Origin: Gammaproteobacteria bacterium
GTDB taxonomy: Bacteria > Pseudomonadota > Gammaproteobacteria > SZUA-229
Direction: 5' to 3'
NCBI GenBank assembly: GCA_022340645.1
Contig: JAJDNP010000091.1
Span: 1,673-65,672 of the forward strand
DNA length: 64,000 nt
Part shown: piece by piece, positions 31,858 to 41,201 of the stretch
How the letters are laid out: every line of letters begins with the position of its first letter
Numbering within the stretch: position 1 is the first letter of the stretch
The notes under the pieces: generated by a model
The model's input: only the letters and a program-made list of their open reading frames with translations
What the model was told of the DNA's origin: nothing
Database searches by the model: none
Made by a program: the position numbers and the translations under genes

Positions 31858-32835
31858 TTATGTTGCGTTTGTTTGCAGCCTGTCGTCCAGCCTTTTTTTC
31901 CTGCTTATGCTGCTATTCGTCATGTTGGTATCTGACAGCGTTAAATCGATAAACATCTGTTCCAGCGATGTCTGTTGCGTGGTAAAGCGGGTAAGTCCCC
32001 ATTGCTGCCTGATTATGTATGCGGTGAGCTGTTCAGCTGGTAAATCGCTTTCTGCGGTAAAACTGTTGTTATCAATAATGTTGATTGACTTAAAGACAGC
32101 ATGACGGGCAAGCATCTCGCGTTCAATTTTCGCCGACAATGATATCTCGAATCTCCTTGTCTCTGTGCTTAACATGTCCTTCATGTCAGCGCTATACACC
32201 AGCTCGCCCTGATTGATTATCTGTACCCTGTTACACACCGCCTGCACTTCAGGCAGGATATGAGTGCACAGGATAATGCCATGCGACTGCCCCAGTGTTT
32301 TTATCAGGCTGCGTATTTCCATGATCTGAATTGGATCAAGGCCTACCGTGGGTTCATCGAGGATGATTACCGGCGGTGAATGCAGTATCGCCTGTGCGAT
32401 ACCGACACGCTGCTGGTAGCCCTTCGACAGGTTTCGAATCAGGCGGCGGCGAACATCATCGAGGCCGCAACGCTCAATGGCAGAATCACAAATAGCAGTT
32501 TGCCGTGATCTGTCTATATGGTGTAACCGTGCGCAATACCGCAGGTATTCTGTCACCGTCATCTCTTTATAAAGCGGCGGGTTTTCCGGCAGGTAGCCCA
32601 GTGACGCCTTGGCTGCTTTCGGCTGCTCAAGTAAATCGATGCCATTGATGGTTATCTCGCCAAGGGTTGGTGCCAGACTGCCGGTTAGCATCTGCATGGT
32701 AGTCGACTTGCCCGCTCCGTTAGGCCCCAGGAAACCCAGGATATCACCCGCAGCCAGTTCAAAACTGATGTTATTCACCGCGCAGAAGTCGCCGTAGCGG
32801 CGCGTCAGATTGTTAACCGAGATAAGTGAATGCAT
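31858..32835 (-). CDS. ABC transporter ATP-binding protein (GldA-like)
   Basis: 325-aa ORF with Walker A GPNGAGKST, the signature LSKGYQQR and Walker B VIILDEP. Confidence 0.9.
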   Translation of the reverse strand: MHSLISVNNLTRRYGDFCAVNNISFELAAGDILGFLGPNGAGKSTTMQMLTGSLAPTLGEITINGIDLLEQPKAAKASLGYLPENPPLYKEMTVTEYLRYCARLHHIDRSRQTAICDSAIERCGLDDVRRRLIRNLSKGYQQRVGIAQAILHSPPVIILDEPTVGLDPIQIMEIRSLIKTLGQSHGIILCTHILPEVQAVCNRVQIINQGELVYSADMKDMLSTETRRFEISLSAKIEREMLARHAVFKSINIIDNNSFTAESDLPAEQLTAYIIRQQWGLTRFTTQQTSLEQMFIDLTLSDTNMTNSSISRKKRLDDRLQTNAT

Positions 32836-32885
32836 GAGGCGCTATTATTCCTTTTTTACGCAAGCTTGCAAGGAAAAACTGCTCA

Positions 32886-32938
32886 AGTTTTAAGTTATAA
32901 GTTATGTATTTGCAACTTGATACTTATAACTTAAAACT
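32886..32938. promoter_or_regulatory. Perfect 17-bp inverted repeat in the divergent ABC / hyuA promoter region
   Basis: AGTTTTAAGTTATAAGT (32886-32902) pairs with ACTTATAACTTAAAACT (32922-32938). The arm contains the tandem unit AAGTTAT twice. It could be an operator or a member of the hairpin family. Confidence 0.6.
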
Positions 32939-32959
32939 AATCTTCTTTTATAATATCGC

Positions 32960-35047
32960 ATGGCAAAATATCTCGGCATCGATACCGGCGGTACTTTCAC
33001 GGATTTCATCCTTTTCGATAATGAATCGAAAACGGTTCGTATTCACAAGGTGCTGTCTACCCCGCAGGCACCTGAAAAAGCCATTATGCAGGGGGTTGCT
33101 GATTTAGGCATCGAGGGCGACGATTTGGCCATCATCCACGGTTCGACGGTGGCGACCAATGCTGTGCTCGAAGGCAAAGGTGTATCGACAGCCTATATCA
33201 CGAACAAGGGCCTGGCGGATGTGCTTGCTATCGGCCGGCAGGCGCGTGAGGAGCTATACAATTTAACACCGACCAGGAAACCGCCGTTAATCGAAAGACA
33301 ATTATGCCTTGAAGTAAATTCACGGCTGAGCGCCAGCGGCGAACAGCTGCAGCAGCTCAGTGAACAGGATTTATCGGAGCTGACAGCGCAACTGGCAGCA
33401 CTGGCACCCAAAGCCGTGGCGATCAACCTGCTGTTTTCGTTTATTGATGAAAGCGAAGAGCTTAAGATTGAAAAAGCGATTGTCGACAGGTTTGGCGAAG
33501 AAGGAGTATTTATCAGCCGCTCATCCGATGTGCTGCCGGAGTATAAAGAATTCGAGCGCGGCATGACCACCGCCTTAAATGCCAAGGTCGGACCATTAAT
33601 GCAGGGCTACCTGCAGCGGCTGGAAGACAGTCTGACAGGCCAGGGAAAGCAAAAGCATAGTCAGGGTACAGTACTCTCTATCATGCAAAGTTCAGGCGGC
33701 ATCACCAGTGCGCGTCAGGCAGGGCGATACCCGGTGAACCTGTTGCTGTCAGGCCCTGCCGGCGGTCTCAAGGGTGCCCAGACGGTTGCTGCAGCATCGG
33801 CTATCAGTCAGTTGCTGTCGTTTGATATGGGCGGCACTTCAACCGACGTATCTATCATTGATAAGAAACCTGGTTTTACTAGCGGAGCAAAAATTGGCGG
33901 TTATCCGGTGGCGGTCCCGATGGTGGATATGCATACCATCGGTGCCGGTGGCGGCTCAATCGCGCAGGTCGATGCCGGTGGTTTATTGCTGGTCGGCCCG
34001 GAATCCGCTGCTGCCGATCCCGGTCCAGCCTGTTACGGCAAGGGCGGTAAACGTCCGACCGTGACCGACGCCAATGTTGTGCTTGGCCGCCTGCTGCCGC
34101 AGTCGTTTCTCGGTGGCAATATGCGGCTGGATAAGGCCGCTGCAATCGCCGCGTTAAAAAACGTCGCCGCGCCACTGGGGCTGACTGTGGAGCAGGCTGC
34201 CATGGGTATCATTGAAGTGGTGAATGATCACATGGTACGTGCTTTGCGTGTTATGTCGGTCGAACGCGGTGAAGACCCGAAAGACTTTACCCTGGTCTCT
34301 TTTGGTGGCGCCGGCGGCCTGCATGTATGTGCGCTGGCAGAGGCCCTGGAAATGACGAAAGCACTGGTGCCGGTAAATGCCGGTGTGCTGTCGGCACTCG
34401 GCATGCTGGCGGCGGAGGCCAGCCGTGAACGTTCGCGCACGATTAACAGGCCCCTGAAAGATTGTGATACAGTAGCCATCGAACAGCTGTTTGCCGAACT
34501 GGCTAGCCTTGCCATCGCGGAGCTAAACCCGGCGACCGTCTTTGCGGGTAACGAAGCAATCTCAGGCAGCCAGCCAGGCCGTCTCCAGGATTTGCTGCGC
34601 TTCGCTGGCAATGACAGTATAAAGCTTGTCCTTACCGTAGATGTGCGTTACCGCGGACAAAGCTATGCCCTCAACCTGCCATGGCGCAGCCTGCAAAATA
34701 TCGAACCGGACTTTCATAAAAAACACCGGGACAGTTATGGTCATGAGCTGGCGATTGATATTGAACTGGTTAATCTGCGGGTGCGCGCGATTGAACAGCG
34801 TCAGTCATTTGAATTGCCGCGGTGGCAGCCGAGTGAAGAGCTGACCTGCGAGTTTGTAACCATGCCCGGCATCGCTCAAGCTGTCGCCGTTATGAACCGG
34901 GCAGGCTTGCCCGTTGGGCACAGGATTGAAGGGCCGGCATTGATTACAGAAACCAGTGCAACCACATGGCTGGCAACAGGCTGGATTGCCGAAATCGACA
35001 GTGTTGGCAATATCGATTGCCGTAGCAACAAACCAGATAGTCGCTGA
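32960..35047 (+). CDS. Hydantoinase/oxoprolinase A-family protein (HyuA-like)
   Basis: 695-aa ORF with the N-terminus LGIDTGGTFTDF and an internal DMGGTSTDV. Both are typical of the hydantoinase_A ASKHA fold. Confidence 0.85.
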   Translation: MAKYLGIDTGGTFTDFILFDNESKTVRIHKVLSTPQAPEKAIMQGVADLGIEGDDLAIIHGSTVATNAVLEGKGVSTAYITNKGLADVLAIGRQAREELYNLTPTRKPPLIERQLCLEVNSRLSASGEQLQQLSEQDLSELTAQLAALAPKAVAINLLFSFIDESEELKIEKAIVDRFGEEGVFISRSSDVLPEYKEFERGMTTALNAKVGPLMQGYLQRLEDSLTGQGKQKHSQGTVLSIMQSSGGITSARQAGRYPVNLLLSGPAGGLKGAQTVAAASAISQLLSFDMGGTSTDVSIIDKKPGFTSGAKIGGYPVAVPMVDMHTIGAGGGSIAQVDAGGLLLVGPESAAADPGPACYGKGGKRPTVTDANVVLGRLLPQSFLGGNMRLDKAAAIAALKNVAAPLGLTVEQAAMGIIEVVNDHMVRALRVMSVERGEDPKDFTLVSFGGAGGLHVCALAEALEMTKALVPVNAGVLSALGMLAAEASRERSRTINRPLKDCDTVAIEQLFAELASLAIAELNPATVFAGNEAISGSQPGRLQDLLRFAGNDSIKLVLTVDVRYRGQSYALNLPWRSLQNIEPDFHKKHRDSYGHELAIDIELVNLRVRAIEQRQSFELPRWQPSEELTCEFVTMPGIAQAVAVMNRAGLPVGHRIEGPALITETSATTWLATGWIAEIDSVGNIDCRSNKPDSR

Positions 35048-35126
35048 AGAATAGCAGAAATGTTCATATTCAATACAGTGCTATATGTATTCCTACGAAA
35101 TATCCGGGTTAATATCCAGTGGAACA

Positions 35127-35552
35127 TCAGGCATCATCAAAAGTAACGGTAATTATATTCTGCGGGATATTTTTCAGGTTTATCGAGACCGGACAAAGGC
35201 CCATACGTGCCGCTATTGAATTCACCTTGTCGTCGGTTGCATTGCCCTTTTTCAGTTTGCCCTTAAAATCGACGTTTAATGTTTCAATGCTTCGGTGCTT
35301 GTCTGCCATGACAGTAATTAAGCCTTCACTTGATTCCAGCACAAGCCCGTATTCTGTGGCATTCATCCTGAAGTACATATGCTGACAGGTGAGTATGGCA
35401 TACATAAAGATATCAAAACCCGGGGTATATAGATTGAGATCAAAATTTTTCCAGTCGTCACTATCCAGAAGCTCAACATGTAGCTGTTCGATTTCATTCT
35501 TGTCGCCTGTGTACTGACACTGCAGTAGCATTTGGAAGGTAAGATCGCTCAT
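35127..35552 (-). CDS. OsmC/Ohr-like small protein (tentative)
   Basis: 141-aa ORF with two Cys in OsmC-like positions (AILTCQHM and GLCPVS). Confidence 0.45.
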   Translation of the reverse strand: MSDLTFQMLLQCQYTGDKNEIEQLHVELLDSDDWKNFDLNLYTPGFDIFMYAILTCQHMYFRMNATEYGLVLESSEGLITVMADKHRSIETLNVDFKGKLKKGNATDDKVNSIAARMGLCPVSINLKNIPQNIITVTFDDA

Positions 35553-35806
35553 CTTGTACTCATTCTAGAAAACATTAAACATGTATTTATACACGAGTTT
35601 CGAGTTTGGCAAAATGATTAATGTCAACATTGACAAATAGTATTAAAAGAATCCGACCAAATCTCGGACATGCTTTGATTTGTACCTGACTTGAGTGTCT
35701 CATTATGAATAAAGACCGGTACACCAGCCAGCAGCAAAACGTCGAGCCGGGTTGCCTGGAAAAATACTATGCGTAAGTTACGAATCACCAATTATCATTT
35801 GCTATC

Positions 35807-36826
35807 ATGCTAAAACCATTTATCTCGTCCATCGTATTATACATTTTTCTGTTGCAGGCAGGTTTTGCGGCTGAAATCGACAGTGTGACCCCCAGGAAAG
35901 TAAAACTCGAAAACAGCCTGAGCTTGCTTAATTCAATAATCAATCAGCGCTTACGGGAGGGAGTCGAAAAAGCCAATGCACAACAGGAAGATATGGAAGA
36001 TATTGACGAATATTATAACGATGAAAACAAATCCTGTGATGAACAAGTCCTTTATACTGAACTTAGAAAAGCCATTTATCAGTCTTACACTGCTTCCTGG
36101 GGACTTAAGGGCTACGATTTAGATAAGCAGTTACGTAAATTGCTGTCCCGGCAAAGTTATTCATTATCATTAAATGACTCAATTTACCGCGACATAGATT
36201 ATCTGGAGGGCCTTTCTTTAAACCTAAAGGAATTGAGTGATGTCGTTAATGTCAATGGCTACCTTATTGGTCTGGATAAAATAGGACATTTTTTTTCCGA
36301 AGGCTGGCGATATATTGAGCTAACGCACGAGGAGAATCGCACTATTGAGCAGGCTCTCGAGTGGGGGAATCAACAGGAAAAAGGAAAATTCGGTTATAGC
36401 ACGACGGGGATTTTTTCCTTTGCAGACCTTACCGCCAACTTTAACGGCTGGCGGTTCTGGAACAAGGTGTTGCTCAAAGAAGACGATCCGTTAAAAGGCG
36501 TCATCGGCAATTTTTTCAATCGGCCATATGTGAGCTGTAATATTCAAATTATGGCTTCGCTTAAAAATAAAAAAATCGTCAGGGCCTGGGAATACAATAA
36601 CCAGTTTGATCTGGCTGATTACATTGATGGCGCCTGGGATGAAGGCAATAACTGCAACAGCTACGAAACGCCAATCATTGAACAAAAAGTAATGTCGCGC
36701 ATAAAAGATGCTGATCCTGACTTTCGCTGTCCTTTCATCGCCGAATACTGCAAGGAAGCTCGGGAGAAGTACGGCTATTACGCAAAATATGTTTTGCATC
36801 CGTTTTGCCTTGTTGCTGGTGATTGA
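35807..36826 (+). CDS. Secreted cysteine-containing protein of unknown function
   Basis: 339-aa ORF with a signal peptide (IVLYIFLLQAGFAAE) and six Cys in the mature part. I recognise no family. Confidence 0.6.
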   Translation: MLKPFISSIVLYIFLLQAGFAAEIDSVTPRKVKLENSLSLLNSIINQRLREGVEKANAQQEDMEDIDEYYNDENKSCDEQVLYTELRKAIYQSYTASWGLKGYDLDKQLRKLLSRQSYSLSLNDSIYRDIDYLEGLSLNLKELSDVVNVNGYLIGLDKIGHFFSEGWRYIELTHEENRTIEQALEWGNQQEKGKFGYSTTGIFSFADLTANFNGWRFWNKVLLKEDDPLKGVIGNFFNRPYVSCNIQIMASLKNKKIVRAWEYNNQFDLADYIDGAWDEGNNCNSYETPIIEQKVMSRIKDADPDFRCPFIAEYCKEAREKYGYYAKYVLHPFCLVAGD

Positions 36827-36929
36827 AATGCAAAATAATTATCTTTTTTTTGCAATAACAGGCATTCATTGCCAGGTCATTTTCCGTGATACTATGAAGC
36901 ATTTACCAGTTGTTAAAAATTCCTGAGCC

Positions 36930-37274
36930 ATGTCCCGGTATTCCAGAAAAAATAGCGTAACAGACAAAACTAAAGACGAAGCCATGAAAATTGCGCGCGG
37001 TACACAAAGGCCGGGACAGTCGAAAGAGCAGACAAAATTAATTGCTCAGGGTATACAAAAAGGCATAGATCATTATAAAAAACAGCAAAATGCAAAAGCC
37101 AGGGAACTGGATAAGAAACTAAAAAAAGCGGCTGCCAGCCGCATTTCAGGCGCCTCTTCGATTGATAATCCTTCCGAGACGGTTGCTGCTAAATGCAGCA
37201 GGCTGCCGTGGGTACTACTGGTGGTATCCTGGCTTGGTTTTGCCGCGATAGCATTAGCAGTTTACTTAATGTAA
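36930..37274 (+). CDS. Small basic protein with C-terminal TM anchor (DUF2956-like, from memory)
   Basis: 114-aa ORF with KEQTKLIAQGIQKGIDHYKKQQNAKARELDKK and the C-terminal helix LPWVLLVVSWLGFAAIALAVYL. Confidence 0.5.
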   Translation: MSRYSRKNSVTDKTKDEAMKIARGTQRPGQSKEQTKLIAQGIQKGIDHYKKQQNAKARELDKKLKKAAASRISGASSIDNPSETVAAKCSRLPWVLLVVSWLGFAAIALAVYLM

Positions 37275-37795
37275 AACAAAGACATGCCAGTCACGGTATT
37301 ACACCAGATTTTATCCATAAAACGTGACGTCGAATCCAGTCTACCCGCATCTGGCTAACAATATTTTTGTTCAAACTGCGTAACTAACGGTTTTTTTTTA
37401 CCCATCTAATCAAACAGGGTAACTATAAGTCATGCTTTACACTCCCTTTTTGTATATCTCCTGGCAATAGCTAACTTGTTGATAACTAAGTGTGCTGCGT
37501 GAACAAGGCATGCGTTTCGCAGCTGTTTAATGACAATTACAACTTTATGGGTGTGACCATGCATGACAAACAGTACAATCAGCGTGAAATAATGTTCACT
37601 GCACTGGTTTTGTGGGTAATTCTCTTTGGTTTTCTGTACATGAGTTATCAGGGAATCTTCGAAAGCAATAAGATGTTTTGCGGCAATCACTCATGTCTGC
37701 TGCTTACAGGGATGCATAACAGCAGGTTTCCATTTACCAGTTTTGTTAATAGATGGGATTCGTTTCTCACCGCATACAGTTTACTGATTGTGTCT

Positions 37796-37830
37796 TTAAC
37801 CCGGATATTTCATAGGAATATCCGGGTTAA
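37796..37830. repeat. Perfect 14-bp palindromic hairpin TTAACCCGGATATT / AATATCCGGGTTAA
   Basis: The arms are at 37796-37809 and 37817-37830, with a 7-nt loop. Single arms recur at 35099-35112 and 39110-39122. Confidence 0.9.
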
Positions 37831-38227
37831 TATGCATAAATTACACTGCACATGTGGATAAAAACGTGTAATACACACCTTTATAACTGCATACTGAAAA
37901 CGGCAGTTGATGATTGCGTGGGAATTATTGAAACGTAAATTATTTATTTTTCTAAAATTTTAATGCAGTGGTGATGCAGTGCGCTGAAAAAAATGCGATA
38001 TTGCTAATGTACTCTGCAGTATATGGAATGTTCATGCAAACAATTTTTTCGGTTTTGATAACAGAATTTACTGATAAACCGTGAAATAAATAAACCTTTA
38101 TTTTATTTATTCGTCCTACTAGAAATTACAGTGGAAAAACAAGTTAATTCATAGAATTACCTGCAACACTGGCCCGAGACTGCTAGAATTACATACCCAT
38201 ATATCTTAAGAAATAATTTCAAAATTA

Positions 38228-39103
38228 ATGGCCAATCCTCTGATAACGCAGTTAAGCAACCCGGCCGTATTGCTGCAAATTAACCAGCGAGCCGCAGCGA
38301 TTGTGAGTCTATTGCTCATTGTCGCCTGTGCCTATTTGCTGGTTGAAATCACCTGGTTGTTTTTTCCTCAGGAAGAAGAACAGTCATTGCCAGTACAGAA
38401 GCAAACCGGGTCGACAAACAAAACACAGGCGCAGCAGAATAATTTTAAAAATCTGACCGCGGCTAATATTTTTGGTGTCAGCGAAACAGCTACCGTACAA
38501 AAACAAACCAAAGTTCCGGAGACCAGGCTTAATCTCACCTTGAAAGGGGTACTGGCTGCCGAACCGATGAATCAGGCAAGTGCTATCATCGCCCAGGGTA
38601 AATCAGGTAAAGAGGATATTTACGGTATTGGTGACAAAATACCCGGCGGTGTAGTAATCAAGGAAATACATGCAGATTATGTGGTGCTTGAACGAAATGG
38701 ACAGGCCGAGATACTAAATTTACAGAAAATAAGCGGTCTTACCGATATCGAATCAGAAATTAAACCTGCCTGGCAATCGCAACAATCACCCGGGGCGGCA
38801 TTACAGGAAATTCGAGAAAATATTTTAAAAAATCCCGCTTCATTCGCTGATTATGCATTGCCGGTTGTGGTTAAAGAAAAGGGCCGGCAAATCGGTTATC
38901 GGTTACAGCCGCAGAAGAAAGGGGATGTATTGTCCAGGTTAGGCATACAAAGTACGGATGTAATTACTAAAATCAACGGCAGGAGACTTAACAGGCCTCA
39001 AAATGGAATCGCAGCTTTACGTTCGTTAACTACCGCGAAGCAAGTAAATATCGTGGTGAATCGCGATGGCACCGAAGTTCCACTCAACATTACGCTACAA
39101 TAA
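38228..39103 (+). CDS. gspC: Type II secretion system protein C
   Basis: 291-aa ORF with an N-terminal TM segment and a C-terminal PDZ-like segment. It lies directly upstream of the secretin gene. Confidence 0.8.
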   Translation: MANPLITQLSNPAVLLQINQRAAAIVSLLLIVACAYLLVEITWLFFPQEEEQSLPVQKQTGSTNKTQAQQNNFKNLTAANIFGVSETATVQKQTKVPETRLNLTLKGVLAAEPMNQASAIIAQGKSGKEDIYGIGDKIPGGVVIKEIHADYVVLERNGQAEILNLQKISGLTDIESEIKPAWQSQQSPGAALQEIRENILKNPASFADYALPVVVKEKGRQIGYRLQPQKKGDVLSRLGIQSTDVITKINGRRLNRPQNGIAALRSLTTAKQVNIVVNRDGTEVPLNITLQ

Positions 39104-39125
39104 GTTATGTAACCCGGATATTTGT

Positions 39126-41201
39126 ATGACCATTGTTCAAATAATAAAGCAACTTATAACGCCTGATTTGTCTCTGCAGCGTAAGGTTCAGGTGTGTTTC
39201 GCAACCTTATTACTTTCCCTGCTGGTTGCTACACAGGCAATCGCAGATGAAATTACGCTTAATCTTAAAGATGCTGATATTCGCGCCCTGATCAGTACGG
39301 TATCAAAGTTTACCGGCAAGAATTTCATTATAGATCCGCGCGTTAAGGCAAAGGTCACGGTGATATCCGCTAAAACCATGACGCCCGATGAGGTGTATGA
39401 AGTGTTTCTCTCGGTGTTGCAGGTACACGGTTATGCCGCGGTGCCGACAGGCTCAATAATAAAAATTGTGCCAGAAGTTAATGCCAAGCAGGGACCGCTG
39501 CCTCTGGTTGATAATAAAGATATGTACCCAGGCGATGAACTGGTAACTAAAATTGTCCGCCTCGATCATGTGCCAGCATCGCAGTTGGTACCAATATTGC
39601 GACCGCTGGTACCGCAGCAGGGGCATCTGGCTGCCTACAACCCAACCAATACGCTGATCATTACCGATCATGTGGGCAATATTCAGCGCCTGTTAAAAGT
39701 TATCGCCGGGGTTGACCGGCCTGATAGTGATGAGCTGGAAATTATTCCACTTAAACACGCTTCTGCCCCTGAGCTGGTGAGAATATTAAATTCACTTATG
39801 GCTACAACCGCGAAAGGCGCGGCTGACAAGGTAAAACTGGCGGCTGATGACCGCACCAACAGTATTCTTGTTAGTGGTGACCGTGCCTCGCGTTTAAAAA
39901 TCAGGGTAACTATTGGCTATCTTGACACGCCATTAGAAGGAGAGGGCGGGAATACGCATGTTATCTATTTGAAATATGCAAAGGCGGAAAATCTGGTCAA
40001 GATATTAACCGGTCTGAAAGAGCAGGCTAAACAAAAAAGCGGCGTAAGGGGCGCAAAAGTCGCGCCGGTCGCAGCTACCACGGGTGAGGTAATCAGTGAA
40101 AACGCGGTTATCCAGGCGGATGAAGAAACCAACGCATTAATTATTACGGCAGATCAAAATACCATTAAAAACCTGAAAGCGGTAATCCGGCAGCTGGATA
40201 TTCGCCGTGCACAGGTTTTAATCGAGGCAATTATTGCAGAAATAACCACCAATAATGATAAAGAAGTCGGTGTTGGTATTGCAGTTGACGGCACGCAACG
40301 TGACAGTGGCGCATTGCCTGTTGGTGTAAGTAACTTCGCAGGTATCGGCGAGTTACTGCTGGCTACTATTGGCGGCACAACCCCCACTGCATTACCTGCA
40401 GGATTCACATTTGGTATAGGCGGTGAAAACAGTTCAGGGGTACGATACGGTGCATTATTGCGGGCCCTGCAATCTGATACCAATACCAATATTTTATCAA
40501 CGCCGAATATTGTCACTCTTGATAATGAAACAGCGGAATTAATTGTCGGCCAGAATCTGCCGTTTGTCACCGGCAGTTTTACCGGCACTGGCAGCACCAA
40601 TCCGCAAAATCCATTTCAGACAATTGAAAGGCAGGATGTGGGTCTGACATTAAAAGTAACACCGCAAATCAACGAGGGCGATACTGTTCAGCTGGTGCTG
40701 GAGCAGGAAACATCAAGCGTGATTCCCGGCACCGTTGAGCAGGGTATCGCCACACGCAAGCGTTCAATCAAGACCAGTGTGCTGGTCGATGATGGCGGCA
40801 TTTTAATCCTGGGCGGTTTGATGCAGGAAGAGGTTTCCGATACCCAAAGCAAGGTGCCATTGCTTGGAGATATCCCTTTTCTGGGTGCATTGTTCCGTAC
40901 CGAAAGCACAAATAAAACAAAACAAAACCTGATGGTTTTCCTGCGGCCAAGTATTTTACGTGATAATAAAGATGCTGCCCTTGTGACCAATGAAAAATAC
41001 AATTATCTTCGCAGTATAGAAAGCGGCGCATACAACAAGGAAGACGGCAGTTTTGGTCTGCTGAAAGATGCGGCGCCGAGATTGCCGCCGATGGAAGAAA
41101 TTGACCGTTCAAAGGCAACAACTGAAAAATCACAGGTAAAAGTTGATTCTGCCGATGAAGAAGACTGGAGCTGGGATGATGACGACAATGGTTTCCTCTA
41201 A
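39126..41201 (+). CDS. gspD: Type II secretion system secretin
   Basis: The ORF track starts at 39066. I prefer the ATG at 39126 (MTIVQIIKQL...), which is followed by a signal-like segment. N0-N3 repeats are present, as is the secretin domain (VPLLGDIPFLGALFR). Confidence 0.93.
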   Translation: MTIVQIIKQLITPDLSLQRKVQVCFATLLLSLLVATQAIADEITLNLKDADIRALISTVSKFTGKNFIIDPRVKAKVTVISAKTMTPDEVYEVFLSVLQVHGYAAVPTGSIIKIVPEVNAKQGPLPLVDNKDMYPGDELVTKIVRLDHVPASQLVPILRPLVPQQGHLAAYNPTNTLIITDHVGNIQRLLKVIAGVDRPDSDELEIIPLKHASAPELVRILNSLMATTAKGAADKVKLAADDRTNSILVSGDRASRLKIRVTIGYLDTPLEGEGGNTHVIYLKYAKAENLVKILTGLKEQAKQKSGVRGAKVAPVAATTGEVISENAVIQADEETNALIITADQNTIKNLKAVIRQLDIRRAQVLIEAIIAEITTNNDKEVGVGIAVDGTQRDSGALPVGVSNFAGIGELLLATIGGTTPTALPAGFTFGIGGENSSGVRYGALLRALQSDTNTNILSTPNIVTLDNETAELIVGQNLPFVTGSFTGTGSTNPQNPFQTIERQDVGLTLKVTPQINEGDTVQLVLEQETSSVIPGTVEQGIATRKRSIKTSVLVDDGGILILGGLMQEEVSDTQSKVPLLGDIPFLGALFRTESTNKTKQNLMVFLRPSILRDNKDAALVTNEKYNYLRSIESGAYNKEDGSFGLLKDAAPRLPPMEEIDRSKATTEKSQVKVDSADEEDWSWDDDDNGFL

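Noticed and set aside
37430-37861. Overlapping 86-aa (minus) and 123-aa (plus) ORFs in the AT-rich gap
   Set aside because: They are mutually exclusive, have no family resemblance and no clear ribosome-binding sites. The plus ORF reads through a perfect 14-bp hairpin. They are mentioned under the orphan-region finding but not called as features.
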